In this document: piece after piece, positions 37,501 through 50,387 of the stretch
Position numbering within the stretch: the stretch's first letter is position 1
How the letters are laid out: the number at the start of each line of letters is the position of its first letter
Translations under genes and position numbers: made by a program
NCBI GenBank assembly: GCA_002633005.1
Contig: NMRA01000041.1
Coordinates: 1,121,294 to 1,185,293 of the forward strand
DNA: 64,000 bases
Direction: 5' to 3'
Source: Phoronis australis
Lineage: Eukaryota; Animalia; Phoronida
Notes under the pieces: generated by a model
Told to the model about the DNA's origin: nothing
Databases searched by the model: none
The model's input: the letters and a program-made list of their open reading frames with translations, nothing else

Positions 37501-40500
37501 GGTTTCGTCACAGTCTGGCTTAGGCTTGTTTAGGCGTTGGAGCAAGAGAACCCAAACGTTAGAGTAGGATTTGCCTCATGAGTCAATGAGGCACTCAGTG
37601 AAATTCCGACAACCAAACCCCGTGAAAAAATGTTGTGTTCGCATGCTGGCATAATTTGCCGTAGATCAATGAATAAAAATGGTGGAACTAGGACAGAACT
37701 ATAATATACATTTCCGGTAATTATTACAAAGGGACTTCAAGAATTGAAACCTTTCACGGTGAATAACACGGGAACTATATGTTTTATTCCAACATTGCAT
37801 CTACTGATACTCAAAGTTTTGATCGAAAATTGCGTTTAACGTGGTTTTTTAAACATGCAAATAAAAACCGCCATTGTGCAAAATTCTGTTATAACGTGCC
37901 TACCAAGCTCTGTAGACGTTTTTGATTCTTTCACTAATGTGTGAAATGTTAGTGAATTTCATGGAGCTAGTACACAGGAGGTTAACCAGTGATTTTGCAT
38001 AATTTTCCCACATTAAGGTGGCCGTTAATTAAAATGCAGCTCGCCTCATGACATTGCAAGCAACAGTAAAACTGATTTTACACATGACGAGAGTACATTT
38101 TGTTATGCTGGATATCACACGCATTGATGAGTGACCGTTCATGTGTTTGAATGAGGATAACGATTTCATTCACGATTTATGGAATACCAAATTTCCTTAC
38201 ATATATATAGGGTCATGATTTTTGCAAAACCAAATTTTTGTTTCAGTTCCTTACTTGGAATTTTAATTACCTCCTTCGTATTCAGCTAAGTGACATTTTT
38301 ACATCAATTAATGACACATTCACTACTGACCTTCTAAATAGACTTTCAAAAAGCTTTCAACATCAATCGAAACGGTTTCTTGCCACAGCATGTCGTTTGG
38401 CAGTTTTTGGTTAGACGATTCGCCACCTGGTGGAGGTATAGGTAACGCGAGGCAAGACCTCGTTATTAGTCACTGCAACGATCTGTTGAAACCGCCGGCA
38501 GCATTGTGGAGGTCATTGTCCATCCAGCAATGAATTTTGTTTTTAACATTTTATACCCAGGAAATGCAAAATCAAGTCCCGCATTCATTAAAACATTTCT
38601 TGTTGACACTTGCATAATGCGAAACCAGTCGAAAGATCAATAATTTATAGAGCATAATTGTCAACGTAGTTCGTAGATTTCAGTATTTCTAGGTCAATGG
38701 CAGGATTCGTTGAAAGCAGTGATCCAGTTAGATTTCATTAATTTCACAGTCAATACTTCAACAAATAATCTGTCATTTTTACTACTCCATTCATTGTGAG
38801 ACGAAATTGCAGCATTCATAGCTACAGTATCACAGTTAACGGAACAACTAACGTTTGTAGAAATAATGGTTGGTTCAAATGCGCATGTACCAGTTTGCCA
38901 GCTATATTTTACATTTCGCACTTTTTGCATAATTACGAAATGTGAGATTTTCAATTGGGAATGTGTTTGTTTCCCATGATTTTTGTGACACCCAACTGAA
39001 AGCCAAGGACCCGGGTGTGGTTTCCTGGGTTGTAATGTTGTATGCCTGTTGAGATATCTTTGTTTTTCAAAAGTTCTGCCTGAGTTGCATTAGTGAATTG
39101 TTTTGTCATGAAGTGCAGTATAGAATCCAGTTAGGTTTCACAGTTGGTGACATACTTATCCATCCCCAATATTCCAAGGCGTGTCACTTGCTACTGTAAT
39201 CTCACGGCCATGTACATTGCCCGTAAGAAGCACGTTTTGATGTAGCATTGCCTGTTAGCGAAAGTAAACTCATCTGTTACTAAACCGAAGACAACGACAT
39301 ATGTTCATTTTAAGATCAAGTAATTCACCAACAATCCTCTCTGTGTTAAGTTTATAGATTGGGTTAGGATGTGCAATGAAGACCTGTTTCGCATCGTTTA
39401 CGTTCTGAATTCATTAGTAATATGAGTGTAAATTATCAGTATCAAATTTAAACATATTCCACACTTCATTAATATGTCCGTTCCTGAAGCTGTGTTCTGT
39501 GCGAAATATTACTTAAATAAATACTGAAAATATTTAAGGCTACATGTTTGATCTTTTAGTTAAACATTGACAGGTTTAATTCCATTCACATATCACATAG
39601 TTCAAATACGAGATCACATGACTTTTTTCAGAGACTACCCATTGACTCTCTAGAAAGGGTCTCAATCAGAGATTATGCATGATTCCGCATAAAGCGTCAC
39701 TTTTCTGCTGCAGTCAGGACCCGAAGGGCCCGGAGGCAAACTGTATGACTCCAGGGAGCAATTTTAGCTTCCCCAGGGCTGTTCCAGACACCCTAAAGCC
39801 ACCTGGATACTGTTTGTCTCAATGTAGAGTGCGGTTGTAAATGAAAACAAGTTTCATGTCGGTTATCTAATTGCAGTTGCCAGCTTTCTTGCTCAGTGCA
39901 TGAGGCGGTACGTATATGAAATGTGATTCATTCTTAGTTACAGATGCATTTCGAGCAGTTTAGCTGTATAAACACGAGAAAGGAATTAAGCCCATTACTA
40001 TCATCAATTCAAATCACAGGCTTCGTTTCCGAATTCGGACTGGAAGACCCCAATAAACTCTAATGCGTTTCCTTGAGTCGATGGTGGTTCTAGTTGGTAA
40101 CGGGAATAGAATCCTATCGCTGTAAGGGAAGTTAAGAAACCAGTTTACGTTTTAAGCAGCTAAAAAGGACGAAATGCAGCTTTGAGAATGACGGCGACGA
40201 CGATGGCCATTTTGAAAGAGAAGAGCTTGAGTAACATTTATAGAAACAAGCCTACTCTGAGTGGGCTTAGCCTGCATTATTCAACAAAGGGTTGCTACAC
40301 AATCCAGATTACGATCGTGTCCATGTAGTTTTGAACTAATCTCGTGCATGTATAAATGCCAGTGTTATTCGAGACAACCAGCCCTCTTCTGTTTTCAATA
40401 CATGGAGGTCTTAATAATGCATAAATGATGCAAATTTAGTATGTGACTACCTGCAAACCGATTTCACAAAAGCATGAATGCAAGTAGCGAACATGTAGTA

Positions 40501-41473
40501 CCCTGCACGGGTGTCGTGAGAAGAACAGAATTTTAAGAACTGGCGGGCGTTATATGCATAAATTATACAATACTATTTTGTAACAACCTGTGTATGGATA
40601 TCATTAAACTAATTGGGCATAGAAATATGTACACAAGTATCAATAATTTACATGTGATGGCTGGCAACGAATTTATATGCACATGAATAATTTTAAATAA
40701 TGGCGGCTCAGATTTGCATACATTATGTCAATTCCCGATGTATCCACCAGCAAACTAGCTCTATTGCATGCAATGATCAGGGAAACTTCAGTAAACCATG
40801 AAACTAATCTAACAAGGAAAATAAACAAAGTAAATAACACTCGTGTCATATTCAAATCACAAAACACAAAAATATACAATAAAATTTCCACTGCCGCTAA
40901 CAACTGACTGGCTATTAGGGTTATGGAGTGCAAATGGGATGTCGTGTTCACTGAACATACCCGTTCTTATTCAACTAAGGTCATGAAAGAGGTAACAGTT
41001 GTTTAGTTGCCAAGTCAATTTGTTCATACAATACCATCTTAAATATGTTTGTCTACCTTTAAAAGACATCGCTAAAGAAGATGGGGAAGACGTTTTCTGT
41101 TTAAACAGTGAGATGCAAATTTCAAAATGAGTTGAGCGCAAACCAGAACCAATTACGCTATTTTCTTTGGCCTAACGGGTTGTTGAGGTCGAGTTGAAAG
41201 ACTCTAGCACCTTGCTAGAAAAGCTAGATATCGCAAAATTCCGTGAGATATCGCCGTGCATTTTCATGAAAGCACACGATTTTGGTAGACTGTCTGTCAC
41301 AGCAATACCTACATGGAAATGTCGCCCTTTGAAATAATGATGAACGACACATAGAATTCCGTGTGTGAGGCATCAGAGCCTAAGCCTTGGTATGAACGTT
41401 TCTCGTGTACAATTACATTTATGGTAGGGAAAAGTAAAGTGAATCGTTATTTGTTTTGTTTGCATTGTAATAT

Positions 41474-41475
41474 TG

Positions 41476-41508
<33 letters not shown>

Positions 41509-41603
41509 NNNNNNNNNNNNNNNNNNNNNNNNNNNNNNNNNNNNNNNNNNNNNNNNNNNNNNNNNNNNNNNNNNNNNNNNNNNNNNNNNNNNNNNNNNNN
41601 NNN
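41474..41603. other. (GT)n microsatellite running into an assembly gap (N 41509-41603)
   Basis: Directly visible. Confidence 0.9.
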
Positions 41604-43031
41604 NTAAAGCAGTGTACTTGAAGCATTTCTCAATATTAACCAATCATAGTGTTTGGACACTATTTTCCAACCAATCGGGAAGTTCTCAAGTTACTCCCTT
41701 CTGTTGACCACTAAGAAGACACCTTACATGATCAATACTATATGTGCCACCTCTCGTAGCAGATCACTGGAAAAGAGTGCACGACTAGACTTCATGGCAG
41801 TGGGTAGAAAGGTCGTGTCGTCACGTGATTCGCTTGTAATCAGTAGCGATAGCTCGAGAAAACCCAAGGAACAATGATAAGGGACCAAGAGTTCTCGCGA
41901 GACTCTTGCATCGGCGAACGCAGTCGAGTTTTGTGTAGTTTGCTCCCTTAGAAGAGAAAGGCGCACACACAAACGCAGCCAGGCAGCAGATAAATAAAAG
42001 TAGACACAACGGGTCTATTATTGTTTCTATTGATTGGTTCGCAATTAAGATTCTCAATGCTCACACAAATAAAAATCCAGTCACAGTAATTGTTTTCATC
42101 GGATCGATTTTGTTTTGTACTCCAATAAGATCTAAATATAGTTTTCCTTCAACAATATGATCAAATAAATTCAGTGCAGTACACATCGAGTGACTTGGAA
42201 CGAGGTCAATTAATCCTACGCATGACCGAAATAGGCCTTGGACCACAGGAACCTTATCAAACAACTTCAGTGACCCTTTTTGAAGGGGGGGAGACAAATT
42301 TGTTTAGATGCTTTTGTTATCACAAACTATTAAAAGACTCCATTTTATTCTTGCACACTTTTATGAAATTTGTTTTTTTCAGTAACTATGACTAATTCTG
42401 CAAATTAGACATGAAATATAGCATATTGACAACAAATGAAATTAGATGTTCATAATCGGTGGTACCCCCAATGACATTTCCATAGGATGCATTAAGTCAT
42501 AAAACACAGTCATTTTTTACATTAAAATGCCTGCTGGTGAAATTTGGAACTACCAGTCCAAACATTTCAATATAGTGTATGGATTTGTAAACAAATTTAG
42601 TTATCATACTCGCAATGTCGCCGATGCAGTTTGATCACAAAGCATTTACACATTTTGCACAGGCGTAATTGGGAAGCACTTGTTTTTCAATATAAATCAC
42701 AAAGCTTACACAAGATGGTGCTAAAGATTAACTATTTCCACATGCTATCTTCTGTATTAAACATTTTTAGTAGTAAGCAGTCTACATCAAGTGTTACTCG
42801 ATATATTGTGAGCATTCTTAATATAAATTATGGTGAACCCCAAAATATCACACGAAAAATCATGTTTGCTATCTTATCAAATTCTACAGTAACTCGCAGA
42901 GCGGTTATAAAAACCCAGAAAGAACACCTTTAAAGTTTAGAAAGTTTGGGGTCAATCGGCAATATTGATTGGACTCAGTTTTAAAGGAAAGTATGTTTTC
43001 TAAGATTAAAAGGGATTGCAAAACTCAATGG

Positions 43032-43086
43032 AAATGAAAGTAGTCCCGAAATGAAAGTAGTCCCGAAATGAAAGTAGTCCCGAAAT
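43032..43086. repeat. 17-bp tandem repeat GAAATGAAAGTAGTCCC x3
   Basis: Three exact contiguous copies. Confidence 0.85.
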
Positions 43087-45227
43087 CTCAAGCCTCTTTA
43101 GCTTGTCAAACGATGCTCCCCCAGCCAGATACTCATCTCGACATTCCCCCTCAGTCATGTCTCCTCGGCTGAGTGTCCCCCAACATTGATGTTCCCTAGG
43201 CATGATAATTCTATTAATTAATGTCAGAATACACGTTTATTGACAATCCTATCGGTTTGCTATCCAATAATTCTCAGGCCCTCCGCTTTACAGAAAGTAT
43301 AACGCCAGCTGTCAGCACCGAACCGCGGAAGCATCGGAAAGACCGAAAAGGCCCAGGAAATTTGAGCCGGGGGGCGTTGGGATGTGGGAGCATAAAGACA
43401 GGGAAACATTGGGCATGAGAATCAAGGAGTGGCCTACTTGGGAACATTGGGATAGAAATCGCTACGGATCTAGATACTATATGAAGGGAAATCGGAGTAT
43501 TAATGAATTAATGGGTTAATCCTTAGATTCGATGTAAACCCAGTTGTCGATAAGACAACGCAAGCTTAGATGAAAAGGTTACTGATGAAAGTCAACAGCT
43601 AAGCAAACCACACACCCGACACAACTTAATTCTTAAGCGAGAATTCAAATTTCTAGGTTGTGCAGAATTAAGAGTCAGGGGAAACGAAAAAGCCGGGAAA
43701 AGAAAAAATTACACACACAATAACCAAGTGCCTTTATTCAAAATCTTTCTAAATGAATTTTGGAAAATCATTCTTAATGCGTCTCATTGAGCTTGATAAC
43801 ATGTGTTCGTTAAATCCAAAACTACGCCAGCGCAGAGGGACCATTTATAAGGACCTAGCCGAACCGAGTATACTTTATGGACAACAAAAAGTTATAGGAC
43901 ACATGGGCGAAGGTTAACCTAAATTACTGACATCACCTAGATAACATTCCAGGGACAAACTGATGTGATTTTATCAAATATATATAACGTGGCATATTTC
44001 CTCCAATTCCAACCGGCCAAAATGTTTGCGCGGTGACGAAATCCACTAATCGGATCATCACTGTCCCTTGCGCACGCCATATTACCCAAGTAATCAATAA
44101 TCAACAAGATAACTTGTTAACTACAACTATATGTTTACAATCAGAGAGAATCGCCAAAGAGCTCAGCAGGATTTCTGAGCAAGAACTGAGTTGATTTGAA
44201 GTTATCGATTGTCGTCGGCAAGCAAAGTAGCCGTGGTTCCCAGGTCAGTTGCATTCCCAAATGCTTATGGAAAAATATAGTCCACCCAATCTGTATGGTG
44301 TCCAAGGTTTTCACCTGAGTGGTTGTCATCCGTTCCATTTGGAGGGGCTCAGTGTAAGAAAACGCCACAAAATAGCTACGTCGCACAACAGGTGGCCGGG
44401 CACTAAATGAATACACCGCTGGATGTTTAGAATAGAATTTGTGCTAACCCATAGGCTTCAGGTCCTGTCGTGTTGGTGACAGGCTTGATCCCAGTGTCAG
44501 ATTAATGTATGTATGGTTGGGGACCCACATAAGCTCCCACCGGTCGCCATCGAGTGGGACTTCACCGTTCCCGCGGGTGTTATGGGTTCCATGGTATTAC
44601 CCGGTGAGGCTGATCTCAGTAAACTCCAAATTTTCTCGCCCATACTGACCCTTTAGCAGAAGACATGACCGTTCCTCAAAATAGCATATAACATTGTCAA
44701 AGCAATTCCAATCAATCTATTTGATGACCACAAATTCAATCTATCTGACGACCACGGCCATTCCTCTGTATTAAACCCAGAAGAGCTTCTGTTAACACTA
44801 CGAGGTTACCATACTCATCTGAAGTTGTAGACTAATTAGTCTAAGTAAGTGAAAGCAAACGAGGTTGGCAAATTTGACACACGAAAACCGCAACATGAGA
44901 CCTCAGGGGACGAGGGACCGATTGTGCAGTTTTGGCTTCGGTCATCGACACTGCTGGATGTTAAATCAATAAAGGTGAACAGATTTGATTTGTTGCGTTT
45001 TGAATTGCGTACACGTAGTTCTGAGGGGCATGTCAACGTATTGGCCATTAAAGTACCTCCTAGTCTTGAAGAAAGTAATCGCTGGACCTGATTTTCCGTC
45101 ATGAAAAATTCAAGAGGAACCTTACTAAAAACAAGAGGTCCAATAGCTAAGAATCACACAGTGATTCACTCGATGCTGCGTCAGTCGACGAATGTTCGTG
45201 TTCAGCTCAATCGCGTCCAATGACCAG

Positions 45228-45654
45228 TGCCTGGTTGCATGAAACCAAATAGGGAATCAACCAAGTTCCCTAAATCTACTGCGTATTCGTGGGCTTGAGA
45301 AAACACCGGTTGTCCTTTCTTATGCTGTATGAGTATCATTACTAAGCCAATTTTTGGCTTTGATACAAATCGAGAGTGAACTCTACGTTGAATTCTCAAC
45401 ATTATTGAAAATAAGTTGGAATCTTGTCATGCAACTTTCCTAATTTATGGACTAAGTCCCTAATTATTTTGACTGTGTAAAGGGCCCAGTTTTTAGTTAT
45501 AATATTAGAAAATGTCACTAATCAAAGAGGAGCTCATAATAAAGAAAGAATGATAGAAAATTTTACATCTGTGAGTAAAGAACGAAACAAAAACGCAAAA
45601 CATTTAAAGAACTTAGTTGAGTTCCTATGTGGGACTGTTGCATGCAATCGGCCA
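45228..45654. mobile_element. Harbinger-type MITE related to the 23829-26412 element
   Basis: Ends TGCCTGGTTGCATGAAAC ... GTTGCATGCAATCGGCCA, with CAG on both flanks (45225-27, 45655-57). Shares AACCAAGTTCCC and AAGTCCCTAATT subterminal words with the larger element. Confidence 0.7.
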
Positions 45655-45801
45655 CAGATACTGTACCTACTGCTCGAGAAGCCTATTACATGTAATAATG
45701 TTGTGTTTTCCTCTTCGTTTAATCCACCTCCAAGCAGGCTACAGATTTCTGTCTTACGGATTCGAGTTGTAGACAGAATCTTTGAGTTTTAGCCTTAGCA
45801 A

Positions 45802-46044
45802 GGGACCTGTTCTCGAAAAGTCTATAGGCTTTTGGTTAAAAGTCTGCTGATGACTTTGCCTGCTCCATGAAAATTAGGTAAAGGTTGAAAGTCAGAAACT
45901 CTGTCTTACAGCTCGAAGTCACACGACAAAAGTCCGTAGTCTGCTTAAAGCTCTTCGAGGAACGCGAAGATCAACTTTTGACTGTTTGTAGTCAGATTTC
46001 TAACGCCAAAAGCTAGTAGTCTCTTTGCCGAGAAGAAGGTCCCC
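45802..46044. mobile_element. Degenerate MITE
   Basis: Imperfect inverted ends GGGACCTGTTCTCGAAAAG and CTTTGCCGAGAAGAAGGTCCC, plus internal inverted GCTTTTGG/CCAAAAGC. Confidence 0.45.
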
Positions 46045-49000
46045 GATTTCGTGACTGAAACGTAGAAGCCATCCGGCGTACTTTAATTTACAGTCGATTT
46101 ACATGACATCAGCGTAGCACTAAATTTTGGTACTGTTAAATATGACCCAGAGGTCATTTTTCAAAAAGATGAAAATTGAACGTGGTAGTGTCATCAACCT
46201 GAAAAGTTTCCAACCCCTTCTGTTCTCAGCTGGTTGGAAATGTGTCCATAAGGGTAGGTCACTTTTGATCGGTTTCATATAAACATTTACTGACGTCGTT
46301 AATAATCTGACCAGGGCATTGCTTAATAAGTTAAAAGTTGATATTTGTTAAAAATGACTGCGATGTTTACAATAAACATTTATCCCGTTGATAAACGAGT
46401 CATTCTTCAATTGACCCACCGCGTTAAAAACTCAACTCTGGTCTATTTTTTTAAATATAAACTGGAAATGCATGACTGTCGCAATGTGCAAGTTAATATA
46501 AATCATCAGGGTCGAGTTCCGAAGAAGTGAAAACCTCGCGAGAATACAAGATCACGCAAGACTTCAGCAGGTATCGCCATATTTACACGCGAACCATGTG
46601 ATCATACTGGTTTTCTTAGCGATGTTATTACGTAATTTGATAACCAAGGAGGGTATGGATTCCTTATTATCTCTTGGCAGTAACTCATCTGAGTAACAAG
46701 GTAACGATGTAACTGAAACCGAGACACAATGAGTCAAGTCGAGCCATCAACCCTCACTGAAGGACATCAAAGTTACGTGTGCGCTGAGCAGCGTTTCCAG
46801 AAGACAACATACCACCCAAATTTGTGAATATACACGGAGACTATAAGTTTCTACGATGGTTCAACAGGGAGTTGGGGAAGTTTCAACGATGGTTCAACGG
46901 GCATACCTGAGCTCAAATGTATCATATTTCCAAGTTATTGGATGGGACTGTGAAACTACATGTAGAGCTATACAGTTAAGACTAACTCCCACAGGTAGAG
47001 ATGAAACACTTCAATGGATCGAATGGACGCTTTTCATTCAATTTTTGCTGGCATCTGTCTGCTGAAAAGGCCTTCTGTGGCTACTTTTGTTAATTAATAA
47101 TTTCATTGGAAGTTATTCCGTGACTGAAAAGGCACTCTTGTCGTTGAACCCGGCAATGACGTCATAGCGCCCAGTCTTCACTAGATACATCACTTTATGA
47201 ATAGCAGACAACGAAACCTTATGAGTTAATGGGTGCATCTTCTGCAAACGTGGCGACTTAACGAAACGTATCGAATGACTACTTGTAGGTGAGGCGTGAC
47301 GAGAAATATATAGCACAATCTAGTTAGAGCAGGGGTTTATAGTGGTGCATCGAAAATTCACTGCTGGGGTTTTCACTGGAGCAGACATGTAGCTTACAGA
47401 TACGGAAGAGTAAAGAAGTTCTTGATGGGCTGCTGTTTTTAACCCAACTCGCTGTCTGCGTGTGTTGTTCGACTTATCTGGACGTCTGTCCTCTGTCGAA
47501 AACAAGCGACCCCCGACGGAGGACTAAGGCATATTCTAATGTTCATCAAGAGCACAATATAGGCCTACCTCACAATAAAACCATTAAAAAGTCGAAAACA
47601 AGTTTAAAATTACGTTTAAGTCATTTAGGAAAAATCTGTACTTCAATATCATGTTTTCATTATGCAAGTGAACTGTAAAACGTGTTTTAACGGTTCGCTA
47701 ATCGTCGATCGTATAAGTGCACAGATGCTGCGAAGCTGGCGACATGTTAATTGCAGACGACAATGAAAGCCAATAGGTGGTATAAAACGATAATTGGTCA
47801 CTGTTGGACTTATCTGTCTTAATCAAAGCCGTTGCGTGCAACGGTTAAACGTCAGACGCGCTCAAGACATGAAAAATCAATAATTCCAAGGAAATGACAA
47901 CAGAATCTTTATCCGCGTAATTTGTTAGCAGGTTTATTTTTGCTTCACATAGGTTTGTGACCGCTTCTTTCCATCAATCTGTCGTCTGCAATTATAGTTT
48001 GCAGAGAAATCACACGCCGGTAACTATCTGCGATCATTTTTCATGATAGACTTCTATTTCTGGCCTCACTGAGTGACGTCGTTAAGTGTTTTCTTGTCAA
48101 CAACTCTTCGTAAATAGATCACAACGTTGAGGTTAGCTACAGCGAAGCGCGGTTATCTGGGTCGGATAGTGGAAGGTAGTTCATATTGCTAGATACTCGG
48201 GACAACGACGGGTACTCACTGGCAGTCCTACACTCAGGTAGAAACATAAATTTGTCAAAACACTGCACTTCGTAACGTCATAAGAAACATGTATGCGTAA
48301 AACAGTTCTTGAAGATCACTGGTCTAGTAAGACATATATAACAAGAGATCCAAAGGGCCAACTATAGATGGATCAGAATCTTAGCGTAGCCGGCGAACTT
48401 CAGGGTTGCTTTTTGCAATGAGCAACCCTTCAACCAGCCCCGCAGTTGAGCCAATGAGAGCATCAGACTAAATTATTTATATATGCACGGAATTCGAACT
48501 TATTTTAAACTCACAATCATATTTCTTACAACGTTTAAACTTGATGCGAAACGGAGAAGTCCAATGTTTTTATGTTTTCATAAAACTGTGATACAGCTTT
48601 AAAGCAATACTACTGATACAAATAGAAATACGAATTTGTGCAGCATTTTCTACTAACAACAAGCAATCGCCGGCGAAACCTCAACCACTTTTGTGTTTCA
48701 AGCCTGTGCTCCATTCAAACCCCGCATACATATCCAAGTAAGAGGAGGGACTGCTTGAACTCATTTTATATCTGAACTACTTATAAGGAATGCAGAATCC
48801 ACAAGGGCTTTGTAACTATGTAAAACAGATTCCCCTTAATTCCGCTTCATTTTAGTTAAAAACGTCATCAAACGTATTTAACACAAGCTAGTTCGATTGA
48901 AACTTACGCCCAAAGAATACCCATTCAACACAACTACAAACATTTTCAAACTTATCAAAATTGAATACGAAAATTTTAGTCTAATTCCGGGAAAACTCTG

Positions 49001-50158
49001 TACACAACAAGAATACTTTAGTAGAAGAAGGCAAACACAAACAGAGCTGAAAGTTACGGAATGTTTATATTTTAGCGATACCTCTAGATAGTGCTGTAGT
49101 GCGGCGTAGGCGCACGAAGGCGCAGCCAACCACCTTATGGGATTTGAACGTAGCGCCTACGCACCGTAAGTTACGTTCAGTGCTCAAGATGATACGGTGA
49201 GCTTTGGGGGCCTACTTACCTCTAATTTTAACACTACAGCACTGCCTTTAGACCGACGAAACACACCTTGTGTTCTAAATGAGTGAACGTATGGCAGAGT
49301 ATATTTAATCTCCGAAAAGCCCAGCTAGAGTTTACCTGCAGCATGTCGCGTTGAAGGGTCTGGAAAGGGGGCTTACGCGGGTAACTATGACTTTATGCAC
49401 CCACTTGTATGTCATGTCATGACACTTTTTACGCTTGGGCGAGAGTTTTAAAAGGACAATGCAAAAGATCTAATATGTTGTTTGTATAACCTGGTTCTCT
49501 TCACCAAACAATACACACCATGTAATCAACTATGCGACTTAATTTGTGGAGTAAATAATCAATAACTGTTTCATATCCGAGCGCGATTAGCAATGTAATG
49601 AAAAGTAAAAATTGATTGGTGGATTTGCTGTATTCTAAACTGATGTTTTGTTAACAGTTGCAGAGGCGTGAGATGCCATTGGAGCGGAGTAGATGTTTCT
49701 AAACACCGTCGAATGTAAAGTGCTGTAAGACACACATTGTTTTACACACAGTACTAAGAACACCGGAAGTAGTTTGTTTTGTCAGCACGCTAATAAACAG
49801 TGAAAACAACACGATGTTCAAAATGGTGACTTCGCCAGGGGATATGACGTCATATCTCACTGAAGGAAGGGCTGCTCAAAAAAGATTACTGGAGTATTTG
49901 TTCGAGTTTGGAAGAACATCGACGGCCTCCTTAAGTACCTCGTAATGCGCAAAAGGTATTTCTAGCAACGAGACTTCGATGGTTTAATCAGTGCGGGGCA
50001 TAATTCGCCGACAAGCTTCCGAAGACGGTAGCACCACCGTCTCTACTGCACTGGCAATCTCTATTGAAACCCTTGGTGTTACTTAAGCCTCCTGCACACG
50101 CTGTGTTTTGTAGCGTGTCAGTACACGCTTTGCCCTCTGAAGTGCAGCTAAAGTAATT

Positions 50159-50387
50159 GGGAGAGAGAGAGAGAGAGAGGGAGGGAGGTAGGCAGGCAGG
50201 GAGGGGGGGGAGGNNNNNNNNNNNNNNNNNNNNNNNNNNNNNNNNNNNNNNNNNNNNNNNNNNNNNNNNNNNNNNNNNNNNNNNNNNNNNNNNNNNNNNN
50301 NNNNNNNNNNNNNNNGGGGGTGAGGAAGGGAGGGAGGGAGGAGGAGGGAGAGGGCCAGGGAGAGGGAGGGGAAGAGAAAGAGAGAGA
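50159..50387. other. GA/G-rich polypurine tract spanning an assembly gap (N 50214-50315)
   Basis: Directly visible. Confidence 0.9.
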
